Source: Lama glama (lineage: Eukaryota). From it: DNA of 64,000 nucleotides. The notes under the pieces were generated by a model. That model made no database searches. It was not told where the DNA came from and worked only from the letters and a program-made list of their open reading frames with translations. The stretch covers positions 11,656,001 to 11,720,000 of the forward strand of contig CM052848.1 of the NCBI GenBank assembly GCA_028534125.1, written 5' to 3'. Positions 25,296 through 38,040 of this stretch are shown one piece after another; position 1 is the stretch's first letter, and every line of letters starts with the position of its first letter. The translations under genes and the position numbers were made by a program.

Positions 25296-26149
25296 GAAAT
25301 GATTGGCAGCACTCAACCTCCAGGAACTGATCTATCAAAATCAAGCTGGGATAAGTATTTCTTTGAGAAATAATACGTATTTACCAACAGGCTCTGTTCT
25401 GCCCCCTTCGTTCCCTGTACCTGACACGACTTTCCCTGTCCAGTCAGGCCACTGATAACCCTGTATTAAGAACACAGTCACTGTGTCTGTGTGTATACAC
25501 ATATCTTTTTTTCCTAAGATGCTCTGATCTGCATTCTACATATATTTTAGCTACTTTTCTTGATTTTAAAAATCTTTCCGGTGTCTAAAGAGCATTTTGA
25601 GAGATTCTCCCCTATTTTTTCAAAAATAGCTCCTAAAAATGAATGAGTTAAGTGTCTTCCCAGAGAGAATCAAAGGGGCTTTCAGTCTTTAATTCAAGTG
25701 TCAGGCTTAAGCTTTTTATTTATTTTGTCAAGGCTCAGAGGTAATTTTCAGAACACAGCCGCCCCCCTAAAATAATCTGCACATCTTTTAAAATTCGATT
25801 TGCTTTGTCGCACAGATTTTTGGATGCCTTCATAAATATGCTGAAAAATCCCAATTATTTCAACGTGGCAGAGTCACATTCCAACTAGGCACCTCTATAT
25901 TTTTATAAAGCTGAGTATTGCAGATTTACTCCTATTTGTTGATAATCATGTGTAAGACTTTTTTTTTCCCATGTATTTCACCCCCAAAAGGGCCTGCCTG
26001 AAAACACAGGCTGCAGGAAAATCACTGGAGTCCAGGGGTTTTTGTCACACAGGCAGAGCACAGATTTTTTTGATTATGTAGATTTCTTTTCCTACTGTAG
26101 TTTCATATGCAAAGCATGAACAGCCACATCCATGCTATCTCCTGAAGCA

Positions 26150-26305
26150 NNNNNNNNNNNNNNNNNNNNNNNNNNNNNNNNNNNNNNNNNNNNNNNNNNN
26201 NNNNNNNNNNNNNNNNNNNNNNNNNNNNNNNNNNNNNNNNNNNNNNNNNNNNNNNNNNNNNNNNNNNNNNNNNNNNNNNNNNNNNNNNNNNNNNNNNNNN
26301 NNNNN
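26150..26305. other. Assembly gap (156 N)
   Basis: Run of N abutting a CpG-rich stretch. Confidence 0.99.
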
Positions 26306-26620
26306 GCTCTGGTCCGGCGTCCTGCCCGCAGCTCCTGCCCGCTCCGCTGGCTCTTCCCCTTCCTCTCCCTCCCGCGCCGCTGCCCGGCTACCTGTAGGCA
26401 GAGCCGTGGCAAACCCGCACCGGCGGTTTGCATTGGCATCTGCTCCATAGCTTGCGTGGCTGTTTGCGGTTTTTTTTCCCCCCACTGTCTTTGTTGCTGG
26501 TGGTTTGTTTTTTCTCTCTCTCTCTCTCTCTCTCTACTTTGGTTTTTGTTTGGCTTTGCTTTCCTCGCCCACATTTGCTCTCCCTGTTTCTCAAGGTGTC
26601 GAATGCCAAAATCCGCACTT
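26306..26620 (-). promoter_or_regulatory. CpG-rich candidate promoter / first exon region
   Basis: CpG-dense GC-rich 26306-26470 next to a gap; (CT)n at ~26513-26535; on the minus strand GCTATGG at 26448 reads 19 codons to a weak donor CAG|GTAGCC at 26392/26391. Confidence 0.35.
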
Positions 26621-27634
26621 AGAGGAAAATTGTATCATGCAGCTGATGCTCCAGAGATTTCCCTGAAAGATTTGCCATGCCGAATTTTATTGTAAATTGG
26701 AAGATGCGTTGAACGGCTTTGAAAGACTTTCGTTTTCATGGCCCTTTTGAGCCTCCTTGGCAGGAAAGCAATTGCCCGTTTTAGAGAAAAGGGGGAAATA
26801 TAAAATAAAGACCCTTTTCCAACAGGGCTGAACTGTTTTCTTGGTATGTTTTTGTGAAATGCATTGTGGTGTCTGCCTGAAGAGCTGCAGATTCTGACTC
26901 TGTTCTGAATGATGACCTTCGTCTGGAGTCGTCTCCCTGGAGACTGGACCGTGTCGGACACTCTCCTTACACGCGCCCCACCTTTTGGAGAATGTGTTGG
27001 CAATCAGGGACCACGCTGCTGGGATGTTCTCTGAAGAAGCTTTAGGTACCATGGCGAAGTGCCAGGGAGGCTGAAGGTGGGGGGAACCCAGTTTTCAAGC
27101 CCAGATTTCTCCTTGGAATTGTCATTGCCCTTAACCAATTCCCATAGTACCATAAAAGAAGGAAGTTCTTCCCTGGTTAATATATTGGCATAGTATTAAT
27201 TAAAAGTAGATTGATAGATATGAAGTAAATGATTATTGATTGGTTAAAAGAGGAGCAGGGGATGAATGCTCTCTGACTCTGGGTTCAGCATAAGTTTCTG
27301 AAGAAGAGAAACTGGAGGAGAAAAAAATGCTAATTAGTGTCATAAGGATCTCATCCACCACTCACCAGAAGTAGGAACAAGACAAGTCATCTAACTTTGT
27401 GGAGGGTCAGAAATTAACTTCCTACCTCCATACGGTTGCAGCCATCCCAGTGCACTGTGGTAGGTGGTCCTCTGGGGGCTGTTTTTGCTGCCATCTCTGA
27501 ATTTCAATGGCTGACGTCTTTGCCATTAAGATACACTTTCCTTTTATCACTAAATCTTCAGGGTCACAACTGTAGATCCATTGGCCAAGAATCTTGAGAA
27601 AGGAGATTCATCAAAAGATTTTATAATTTACTGA

Positions 27635-27650
27635 CAGCCCCCTGCTTGTC
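27635..27650 (-). promoter_or_regulatory. Weaker CTCF-like motif
   Basis: Minus strand CAAGCAGGGGGCTG versus core CCAGCAGGGGGCGC. Confidence 0.3.
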
Positions 27651-28719
27651 ACGGGCAACAGGCTGAAGGACAAAGTAGAAGTTAGTCAAAGACATGGAAA
27701 GCAGAACAAAATGCAGTTTGGTGAAGATGGCACCGTCTTCATAAGGAAAAGGAAAATGGTGGTGTTGGGTGCGACTGGCAGTATTTGGTTGGACAGAAGT
27801 AGCGTTTCTAGCATTACCTAGCAGTACATCTTTTTGCTCTAGCCTCACTATGAGTTGCTATTTATAGAGCTTAGTTGATGATATTAAAAAGCCCAGATTT
27901 GTTTTGTGTCTAATTTATAAATGTCCTTACAGGGCCATTTAATGGCATTATGGGGACTTTTTTGGTAACTAAGTGAATTATTGAAAAAAGTAAAACCTAT
28001 TACGTTGCCTCATTGGCTTTTTTAAAAAATTCAGTCACTTAGCAAGGATAAAATGCTTTTTCAAAAAACTGAGAATGCAAACACTGGTTTTGAGTAATGA
28101 GGTACTCGTGGAGGGTTTATTTGTCTGTAAAAATATATAAGAAAATATCTTTACATTATGTGTGTGCATATATATATGTGTGTGTGTAGAGAGAGAGAGA
28201 CTGAACCAATTCTGCTGTTATAGAGTCACAAAGCTTATCTTGAGGATAAAAATGACAAATACATCTAGCAGACAAAATTCTGCACTGTGATTTGACTTGT
28301 CATATACACCGAAGCTTAGCAGTAACATAGGATATTTTTATTAATCCATGTCTTCATCTTGAACTCTGTAAGCAGGAGGCAAATTATTATAGTATGATTG
28401 GCCTCTCGTGTGGCTTGGGCAGATGACCTCAGTGAAGAATGGATGGTGTCTTTGCATCTGTGCACGCCTCCCAGTCTGTTTGATGGCCGCCATGCCCATT
28501 GTCCGCCGTGCCCCGTAAACATGACAGCTCGATGTGTCCGCAGCACCGAGTGTAACTGGTGGAAATATTGGAGATAATGTCTGTAATGGTGGCTCTTGGT
28601 GCATGACTTCAGAGTATGCATTTTTACTTTGCTAATATCTGTGATGACTGTAATCTGACCTTCCCTATTTCATTATCTGGATCCCACTGCACATAAGAGA
28701 AAGATAGAGTGTTGACTGG

Positions 28720-28840
28720 AGTTACATGTAAATTGTGGCTAAAGACAGAGGTTTCTGCTTTCTGCGGACTCCTCCTAGCTCTTGGGAAATAAGTGGACAC
28801 CCACAAGATCTTTCTTGAGAGAATAAATGAATGAATGGAC
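28720..28840 (+). mobile_element. L2 3' tail relic
   Basis: Ends TTCTTGAGAGAATAAATGAATGAATGG, the L2 (TGAA)n tail. Confidence 0.5.
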
Positions 28841-31800
28841 TGCCCTGGGTGAGCCCAGGAGGAGAGGAACAGGGGACATTTTCCCTCCTGGGAGCGCATC
28901 TCTGCACCACTTAGGGGTCACCGCACATGTAGGAAGGATAGAGATTTGAAAGCCATGGATTCTCCGCTCAGGGCCCACAGTCTTCCTCGGCAACCAAATC
29001 CACTGAAAATGCATGTGCATCTTTCCAAAAAATAACAATACAACTAACTTACATGACATACTCAAACAGGTCTAAATCAAACCCCAAAATGTTAGGGATC
29101 CAGGAGTTTAAGAAGATCTAGCAGAGCATAGTCACAAGTGGCAGAGAAGGGGAAATCCTAACATCCTCTGAAAAGGTCAGTATGGAAATAAGAAAAGAGG
29201 CTCAATTTATTGATGCTGTGTAACTACTTCCCAGCTACAAAGAAAGCACACAACGTACAGAGACTGAAAAAGAGCAACGTTAAAAAAAAAAATAACAGTT
29301 ATATGGAAAGTTCATTTTACATTTCTGTAAGCGTGGCAATGGGAAACCAAAACAACAAAGAGAATGCAAGTCAGACTCCAGACGCTGGGCCCTGGTGAGG
29401 CTTCACTGAAAAACACCCTTGGAGTTATTTTTCAAAGAATCACACCAGACTTGGAATAAAACTGCTTATGTTGTTTTAATAAAAAAAAATACAGTTCTAT
29501 TTAACAGAAAGGCTATTTACTATACCAATATTAATATGAAAAAACTCTTTGCTCTTTAAATGTATGTGACAATAATAAAGGATACTCTAGATCCAGAAAC
29601 TACATGAAGAACTGTGAACATTCAGATTTTCTCTTAAGACCTAGGTAACCTGGGGAAACCCCATTGGACAGCAGATTAAGGAAGAGATTCAAGCCAGGTT
29701 AGTCCCTGAATGATATGAAATCTAATTCTGTTGGAGAGAAACCTTCCACTTGACCTATGAAATCTAAAGTCACATGGCCACAGAAACTCGGCACACTGTG
29801 GCTTTCACGCCCATGGAAATAATCTTAGACGTCAATATTTTTATCCCGTGAAAAGGTCCAGCGAATTTTAATGTCCAGCCTAAAGGACCTGAATGTTAAA
29901 GGTAGAGGATTAGGTACGCTTCATGCAGTGCTTGTCCTCAAAAACAGTGAAGAACTGACACAGTGTTTCTTACAAAGCCCATGTCAAAATGGTCACTGCC
30001 TTATCAAGTGATTAAGCAGGGGGTGGCCCTGAGGTTGGACTTCCCTGGTGACCCTTGGTTACTTAGTGGGCAGGTCTGCAGTTACAGAACAAGACAGCCC
30101 AACAGCAAAGGCTGGGAACCACCACTGGCCACTGAGCTGGATTAAGCATATGGTGGACACACGGGGCTCTTCCCACGGAGAGGTAAACTGAGGTCATATC
30201 CACAGGAGGAGTCCCATGCTCTGCGCCTATGATCCTGCCCAAGACAAAATGAAGGATCATGAGCTCACCAGCTCCAGACGGCTACCACGATGCAAGCAGA
30301 CATCTAGAGACCAGAGAGACAGTGGGCTCAGCAAGGAGAGGGCCATATGATAACACAAGTCCTACCACATTCCCAAGGTCAGCAGGACATATAAATTGCA
30401 CCCTCCTTTCCCCACATGCTAGGATGTCATCATAGAGGAAGGAGCAGGGAAGGGGGTAAATATATAAGAGATTGGGCATTCTATCCAAATGAAAGAATGA
30501 ACACCAACTGAGAGACACAGCTTAAATGATCAGGCCTGACAGCTCCAAACTTGATTGGACATTTAATTCATTTCTCTCCCGACCCTCACTCACTCCTGAC
30601 TGAGGGCTCAGGGAAAAGCCGAGATGAGCTGCAACCAAAATAAAGAAAATAAATTATATTTTCGCTTTATATACAAGTTGGATTGCGGCTGAAATTCTGC
30701 AACCAGCTACACGTGAAAGATCCTAGAGTTTCACATAAAGTCCTACTGTCAGTAGAGGGGGAAGTAACATTGAATACGTACTGGAGGCAATACATCAAAT
30801 GAACCTTCTTCAGTGCCTGCCGTGCAGTGTAACTTTAACTGCAGAGGGTTAGACCTCTCTGATGTTTGGATTTCTCCTAGCAATTTCTCCATATCTGGGA
30901 GGGATCCTTGATGCAGAAGAGTGGGCCCCTCAGTTGCCTGGAGAATTTCTTGAGTCCAAACCCCTGACCCAGTGCATGGGCCAATCTCAGTAGGAGCTCA
31001 AAGAGAGCCAGGTTCTCTCTCCCAGGAACCTGACATTTGACACAGAAACACCCACTTGCTGGGAGTTGCTGGGACACAGTGATGACAACGTGGACATGGC
31101 GGAAGACGCAGGAATTTTATATCTCATTCCAGAAGCACTGGCTGATTGCAACTTTCTTCTCCTTCTGCAGACCGGATTAACCAACCCCTACGTTTAATGC
31201 CTTGAAGTGCCACAGGATTATCTCAATCAGTTCCCCCACCTGCTTCAGTTTCCTGGAGTTTATTCCTGTTGTTTCCAACTTTAAAAAAATCATACATACT
31301 GCCAACAAATATGGGAACAGGAAATTCTTAGGAATCAGTGCCACGTCCTAGACATTCAACCACGAAGCCTAAGAGAGGAAGTATGAAGATGGTGAACCCT
31401 CTACCTTGGATTTATGTCCACATAACGAAACCAAAACATTGTCGGATTTGGTAATAGTTACGAGTGTCCATGACGTCAACCAGAAGTTTTCTAGAAAGGC
31501 ACGTAAGTCTTCAGGAACGCCGACAGTTTACATCATGAGGACGCCACCCTAGGGGATTAAGTATTCCGGGGTAGAGTGCATAGAACAACTTTCCAAAAGT
31601 TATGCAATATTCCTTCTGTTCGTTGGCTCGTTTATTCATGCAAAACATGTACCAGGGATCATGAACAGAAGCGGAAAACTAGCTTAACATTCAAGATAAA
31701 AGTCAAAAGAATCAAGCAGTGTCACTGGATCCAAGGACCGAAACAGAACCGAGCTGCTACTGCCGGGCTCTCAGCACAACAGGGATCTCATCATTTCTCT

Positions 31801-32026
31801 AAACAGAGACCAGGGGTGGCAGTTTTCAAACAGTGGAGGAAAATAAATAGAAATCTCAATTTTTAAAAACATATCTTGAACCTGTGCTCCTAAAACACGG
31901 TCTTTGACTTTGCCAATAACACAAATTGGTGAAGTGGTTTAGATATAAAAAAGAACAGTTAGGGCTATGAATGAGACACGAATTAAGGTTTGGTTTTCAC
32001 CTATAAAACTGCAACCTTGTAATATC

Positions 32027-32159
32027 TTTTTTGGTGGGCAGGTAATTATGTCTATTTATTTATCATTGTTATTATTTTTTAATGGCGATGCCAGGGGTTG
32101 AACCCAGGACTTCCTGCATGCTAAGCACTGTGTTCCACCACTGAGCCAAACCCTCCCTC
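32027..32159 (-). mobile_element. tRNA-derived SINE, camelid vic-1-like
   Basis: Minus strand GAGGGAGGGTTTGGCTCAGTGGTGGAACACAGTGCTTAGCATGCAGGAAGTCCTGGGTTCAACCCCTGG (A and B boxes) with tail AAATAAATAGACATAATTACCTGCCC and oligo-A; homologous to the copy at 49547. Confidence 0.88.
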
Positions 32160-35100
32160 ATCTTGTAGCAATTTATATGCCCATGTAGTAACCCAAATTA
32201 TTCATACTAATGTCAATGATTTTATTAAATTAATGATTATTGATAGACAATATATTATCATCCAATGTGTTTGCAAACCAGGAAAACATTATTTCAGTTC
32301 ATGGCATTCAAGGATAATGTTATAAGAGAACTGGTATAGAGATGGATAAACTGGGAGGGGGAAGGCTTCACACAGTTGTTTTTACGGTCTGTTCTGCATC
32401 TGTGTAAAAGGCAAAAGAAGGAGAATTTAGCTCTACCATTATCACGCGCCCATATTGAGAATGTATTCATCCCCCCAGCCCATCATAGATGCTGTGCTTT
32501 TCACTGATAATCTCTTTGTTTGGGCTTATTTTAAAAAATACTTGAATTTTTTACCACTAAAAAATATTTTACGGAGAACAGTGTATGTGGAAACTGCCAT
32601 AGTTTTCAAAGAAGATGTAACTCTTCACGGTCCAGCTGAATGATGACCGAGAGTGGGTCTTTTCAGCAGCTTTCTATTCGGATTCGGAGAGCGGAAGCAC
32701 TAATGGGGGCGAGGAGCTTGACGGAACAAGAGGACGGGGCTTGGAGGAATGGGGTGAAATTAAGAAAGGGAAAATTAGGTTGATTACCAATTACCAATTG
32801 AAAACCTTAGTGCTGAGGTCTATTAGACTGCAGGGTAATCTTCCCTGGGAAGTGGCGGGACTCCCATTGCTTTGATGTTTAAAATGAGAGTGGACAGAGC
32901 ACCATCAAGAGCACCCCGTTGTGAAGGATGCACCCCGCTGTGCAGAATGAGCCAGTTCACCTTCGTTGCCTTTTATAGACCCACGTTTCTCCACGACCTG
33001 GGGAGAGAAGGACAGAGAAGCTAGCCCCGTCTGTCCCACACAGATCCCCCGTGCCCAGGTGATGGGGGGGATAATTTTTAAATATTTCTTCTGCTTTTTA
33101 TCTAGAACAGTCTTCCTAACACTTTGATTGAAACCCCAAAAAGGCAGTTCTTTGGGCAACAAAGACCCTCACAAGGTATGTTTCCCCCCTCCAGGAAGCT
33201 GGCATCTTTCTGAGGCTCAGGGAAGCAGTGTCTTGTGTCATGTGGTACTCTGCTTCTCAGAAAAGTAAAAATTGGAGTGACCAGATGAGTAACACTTTAA
33301 TAATATGGCTATCGTGACATCAGTGGGTGTATATGTTCTCACATCCTTGAAAGACAAAGAGATGAAGGTAATGAGAAAAAGAGATAGAGGATGAGAGAAA
33401 ACAGAGCTGATTAGCAATTGGTGAGCAACGCACCGTGTTCATCAATTACATGGGGAAAAAAAGTATTTCCTTTTTCTCCCTGGGAACCCATTGGAGTACT
33501 TGGAAATCCATTTCAGAAAAGGGTATTTTTCTTAATACAAGCATTTCTGGAAATTAATATGTTAGAGGGGATACAGTTGTATTTTTCAATTTTAATGACA
33601 TAGTAGTACCTCAGACTCTGATAGGGGTTCTCTCAATCATAATAAAATAAGAAAGAATACAATATCCACATGGTATTAGATTAATCTCTTTTCAGAATAT
33701 CTCTCTATTTGTGTGTAAATATACATGCCCAGCCTCACAAAAGCCAGGAAGAAGGGAGACTTGAGATGATATGCATCTCGTTATAAATTGCTGAACTGAG
33801 GGAACAGTGGGAGTCAGACGTGAATGATGAAAATCAGGCACCCAGCACCTGATGTCCTGCCGTTGCTGGAGGTGATACTGCGGAGGTTCAATGTCCCGGG
33901 GAGGTGAAGGCAGAGAGAGCTTGTGCCCTGAGAGTGTCTCCAACCAAGAGGGGCTCTCAGGGAGCGAGCAAAGCCAACCGGTCTCCCCACCCTAGTAGAG
34001 TGGCAGCAGACCCCACTCTTCCTTCATCTGTACTCTTTCACTGTCTAGTAACTAATGATTAAAAAGTTATCCTTGGTCTCAGCGAAGAGAATCTGGGGAC
34101 AGAGAAGATAAATATAACACAATTTCTCTCCCAAAAGTGCTGCGTGCGAGAGGTGAGACCTCTAGGAGAGAAGGCTGAGGTCGTTCCTAGCGTGTTCCGT
34201 GCCCTGTTCTGCTTCCCCAGCTCTTCTTCCTAGTGAGTTCTCTCCGTATTTATGAGTTTAATGTTCTACTTGATTGCAAAATCACTGTGGTCTAAGTCAG
34301 TCAATAAAAATATCTCACTCCTACCAATTGGTTTCACTCATGAGATGAACATTTTCCAGAGGAGGAAAAACTTAAAAGATCTTTTTTTTTTATCTTTGAA
34401 AGAAGTTGAAGAGAACAGCCTCTTCAGAAACCTGTGACTGTACACAAGGAAATACACGCGTCAGGACGCGAGGACTTTCACGCCATCCTTCGCTGTGACT
34501 TCCCACTTGAAGAAGAGCCGTGTGATGCGTACTTAGCGGGAGTGGTACCTGGGGAGAACTGGGGTCCTCTGCTGTGCGCCCAAGGGTCTGGGCCTTTGAC
34601 AAACGTGTCGCGAGCACCGGGCTGCAGCCAACACCCACAGACCAGGACTGTGGCCGCCACCCTCTGGAGCGCAGGTGCTGGCAGTGCAACTTTTGTATCA
34701 TAAGCCAAATAAAGATGCTACCAAGATAAAGGGGAAGTTCAAAAATCCTGAGTCCATTTCCTTTTCTCTATTCTTGGCCAAGCTGGCAAGAGAGGTCGAT
34801 AAGTGACAAACTAAATTTTCTAGATAAGGAAACGTGATTTGCTTTCATGAAAGTGATTGCTTCCAGTCGTGATTCCAGCCTGGTAAAGCATGTGTCCGCT
34901 TGCGTTCTGAGAAATTCCCAAATCGCCTGTCAGGGAATCTGAAAGCCAACACGTGGAGTCTGAGTGATGTTAGTCACAGGAAACAAATACCAAAAAGTTT
35001 TCACTACAGAAATAAACAACACTTCTGAAAATTTTTCAAAGTCACTAAAATTTACCTTGAAAAATGAATACACACAGCCTTAAAATATCCAAATACCCAA

Positions 35101-36711
35101 TTCTTAAGTTCAATTAAGGGAAGATTTTTTTTCCATAGACCCAAACATTGCAGTTTATTTTTAAGAAAATAATACTTTGTCTGTAAATATAATTTCAAGG
35201 CCTTTCCATGCACATCATTTCATCTTTTATGAAATGTTCGATTTTTCTTACCAAAAACAATTAAATTCTAACTTTGTTTCACGTAACCAACCGACAGAAG
35301 GAAAGTCGAGTCAAAGCTCTGCATCAAGAAAATTCACATCCAATAGTAAATGTGGCTATAATCACAGATTCTAACAAATCACCAAATCACGACCATTTAG
35401 TGAATTTGCTTTCAAATGGGAGAGGGAGAATCATATCTCATAAAAGTATGATTTTTTTTCTTGGGAATAGAGATTAGAGCTACCCGAATGCTCTTTGTTT
35501 TCTCGGCCAGCAGAGTGTGGCGATTCTGTCTTTCAGGAGGTAACTTACGTTGCACTCCGTCTCTCAGAGGTCTGCCTTCCCCCAGTTAGTCACGGTGAGC
35601 CCCACACCACACTAGACGGACAGTCCCGGCTGAAGCAGAAAGGGTTTGCACTTTCTTTCTCTCTCTGCCTATTAGATCGTTTCCCCACTTTAAAGCTAAA
35701 TGCTTTAAATGACTCACTCCTGGACTCATGCTCAAGGCCTGCTATCGAAAAAGCTTCTAGTAGTTTTGCTCTGCTTTGAAAGCTTTCTGCAGAACTCCTT
35801 CCACGACCGTGAGATGATACAGGATGCCTGAAAAACAGCAGGCAAAGCAAAGAGAAAAGGCACATGGGTGCGTTCACTGTGTCCAGGCCTGCCTGGTGGG
35901 GATGCAAGGTGTTTCTCCGTGGTCTCTGAAACGGGGTAGGGTGGGAGAATAGAGCTCAAGTTTGGCCTCCAAGAAACTCTGTGTCCAGTTCAGCAAAGCC
36001 CCAAGCTTAGCCAGCATCCTGGTACCCTCAGTCAAGCTTGGCCGCAGCCCTGGGGGGCGGGCAGGCCAGATGAGGGAAGGAAGGCATCGAAGGTGAGTGT
36101 CATTTCCAAAGTCAAGCATGAATCAGCGTTCAAACCACAGGGTTCCAACTCTACACTACTCCTTAGCTTAGACCCTAATTAATTTAGCCCAAACATGTAC
36201 TTCTACTTTGATTGACAAGGGAAGACTTGAGTTAGCATTTCAAAAGCAAAGGAGAGGGAAGCTTAATCATGCTGAAGTTCAGAGGTTCTGGCTTCGTCAA
36301 GTCTGTATTCCTTCCTCGTCCTGGCCCCCTGTTGAATTTAGTGGCATGAGGATAGAGGTGAGGTAGGCAGGACATGACCATGGGAAAATCCATGAATTAA
36401 AAACTGGCTTGAAAATTAAGCCCAAAAAATAAGCAATTCCACCGACAAAATTACACACAGGTATGTGGCAAAATAAAATCCTATCGAAAAGAGCACACTT
36501 GGTAAGAGCTCCTGGAGGTCCCTCATCGTAAATCACAGTTGGCATCAGTATCCACTGATGATCCATGGGACCCGGCAATGAACGTGCCAAGGCCCTTGTT
36601 ATCACGGCCAGGATTTCAGGATGATGCCAGCACAGCGTTAAACTGAGCACATGTGAAGGCACGGCTCCCCAACCTGTGGAGGGGGCCTTGGTCGGCCCAA
36701 CCTTTTTGCAG

Positions 36712-36955
36712 GTTATTCAGCTCTGCTCCCAGAGGCCCAGATTTCAGCTCAACGTGAAGCTGAAACTCCAAACAATTAGGGCTGTTTACAAACAGAGCAG
36801 ACTGCTTTGTAAAAGCAGGTTTTGGCCTTCAGTGGCAAGTTCACACAGAGCCCGGAAGTCCACCTGTCAAGGATGTGGGAGGAGGGGTTGACTCTTCCAT
36901 TAGGACAGAGCCAGATGTGACCTTAGAGGTTCCTTTTCATGCCACGATTCTGAGT
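36712..36955 (+). mobile_element. L3/CR1 LINE 3' end relic
   Basis: CAGATTTCAGCTCAAC...AACAATTAGGGCTGT...CCACCTGTCAAGGATG...GACCTTAGAGGTTCCTTTTC...GATTCTGA is collinear with the L3 3' terminus. Confidence 0.7.
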
Positions 36956-37884
36956 CAGATCATTTTCGTTGTCTTCAGATTTTTGAAAGAAGCCACTTTA
37001 TATGATTCCTGAATCCTACCTAGGAAGCCACCGAACTCCTTGGCGCTTTCACCTTAAAGGGAAACAACAAGATCTCTGTGCCATAAAACTTTGGCATGAT
37101 GGTCATTTGACATGAGTCAAGGTGGGCCATAGACACGGGTCAGTACGAGCACTTAGGTGAACCCACTCAGCATGGATGAGGCATGCTATAAACACAAAAA
37201 CAGTCAAGGCGGCTTGAGTATTTCAGGATTTCAAAATCCTTGGGTCCGTCAGACTGTGCAAACCTTGCGGTCCCACGAACTATCACAACCAAGCCTCTCC
37301 AGTCACTGTAAGCCTTCACGTAATTGCCATGTCATTATACAGAGAAGCTAAGGAAAAGTCTGAAATGCCGTAGCCGTAATATTGAGACACAAGTTGAGAT
37401 GCCGCCACTCAGTTAAAAAGCAGCAAAGGCCGAATCCTGTGCCTCCCTAAGTTGAGCCACAGAAAGAAACCAGCCCACACGCACCGTCAAGCAGAAAAAT
37501 TACCCAGATTCTCAACTCACAGCGCATTCAAGGACCCAAGCAACGAGGGGAAAAGAACGGAGCTCTACCCAGGTCTTGTGGTTTTGCCTGAGGAACAGAA
37601 TGGTTAGCAATGTTAATAACTTATATTTTTATTGGGCCCCCCCCAGGCTGTTCAGCTACTTTAAATCTACTTGGCGTTGGTTAAGTATAGTCTGGCGGGT
37701 CGTCAGACGGACGTGCCCGTGTTTCCTTCCAGAGCTCTCGTTCAAGAGCGTTTACCGTTGTCATTTTGTTAATAAGAGAAGGATGGCACCGGTTTCCAGT
37801 GCCTGGAGTTTTGTTGAGCGAAGCAGCATGGTGTGTCAAAGGCACGTCAAGAGCTGTGACGTAAATGGAGATCACAGGGTATCA

Positions 37885-38040
37885 NNNNNNNNNNNNNNNN
37901 NNNNNNNNNNNNNNNNNNNNNNNNNNNNNNNNNNNNNNNNNNNNNNNNNNNNNNNNNNNNNNNNNNNNNNNNNNNNNNNNNNNNNNNNNNNNNNNNNNNN
38001 NNNNNNNNNNNNNNNNNNNNNNNNNNNNNNNNNNNNNNNN
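37885..38040. other. Assembly gap (156 N)
   Basis: Run of N. Confidence 0.99.
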
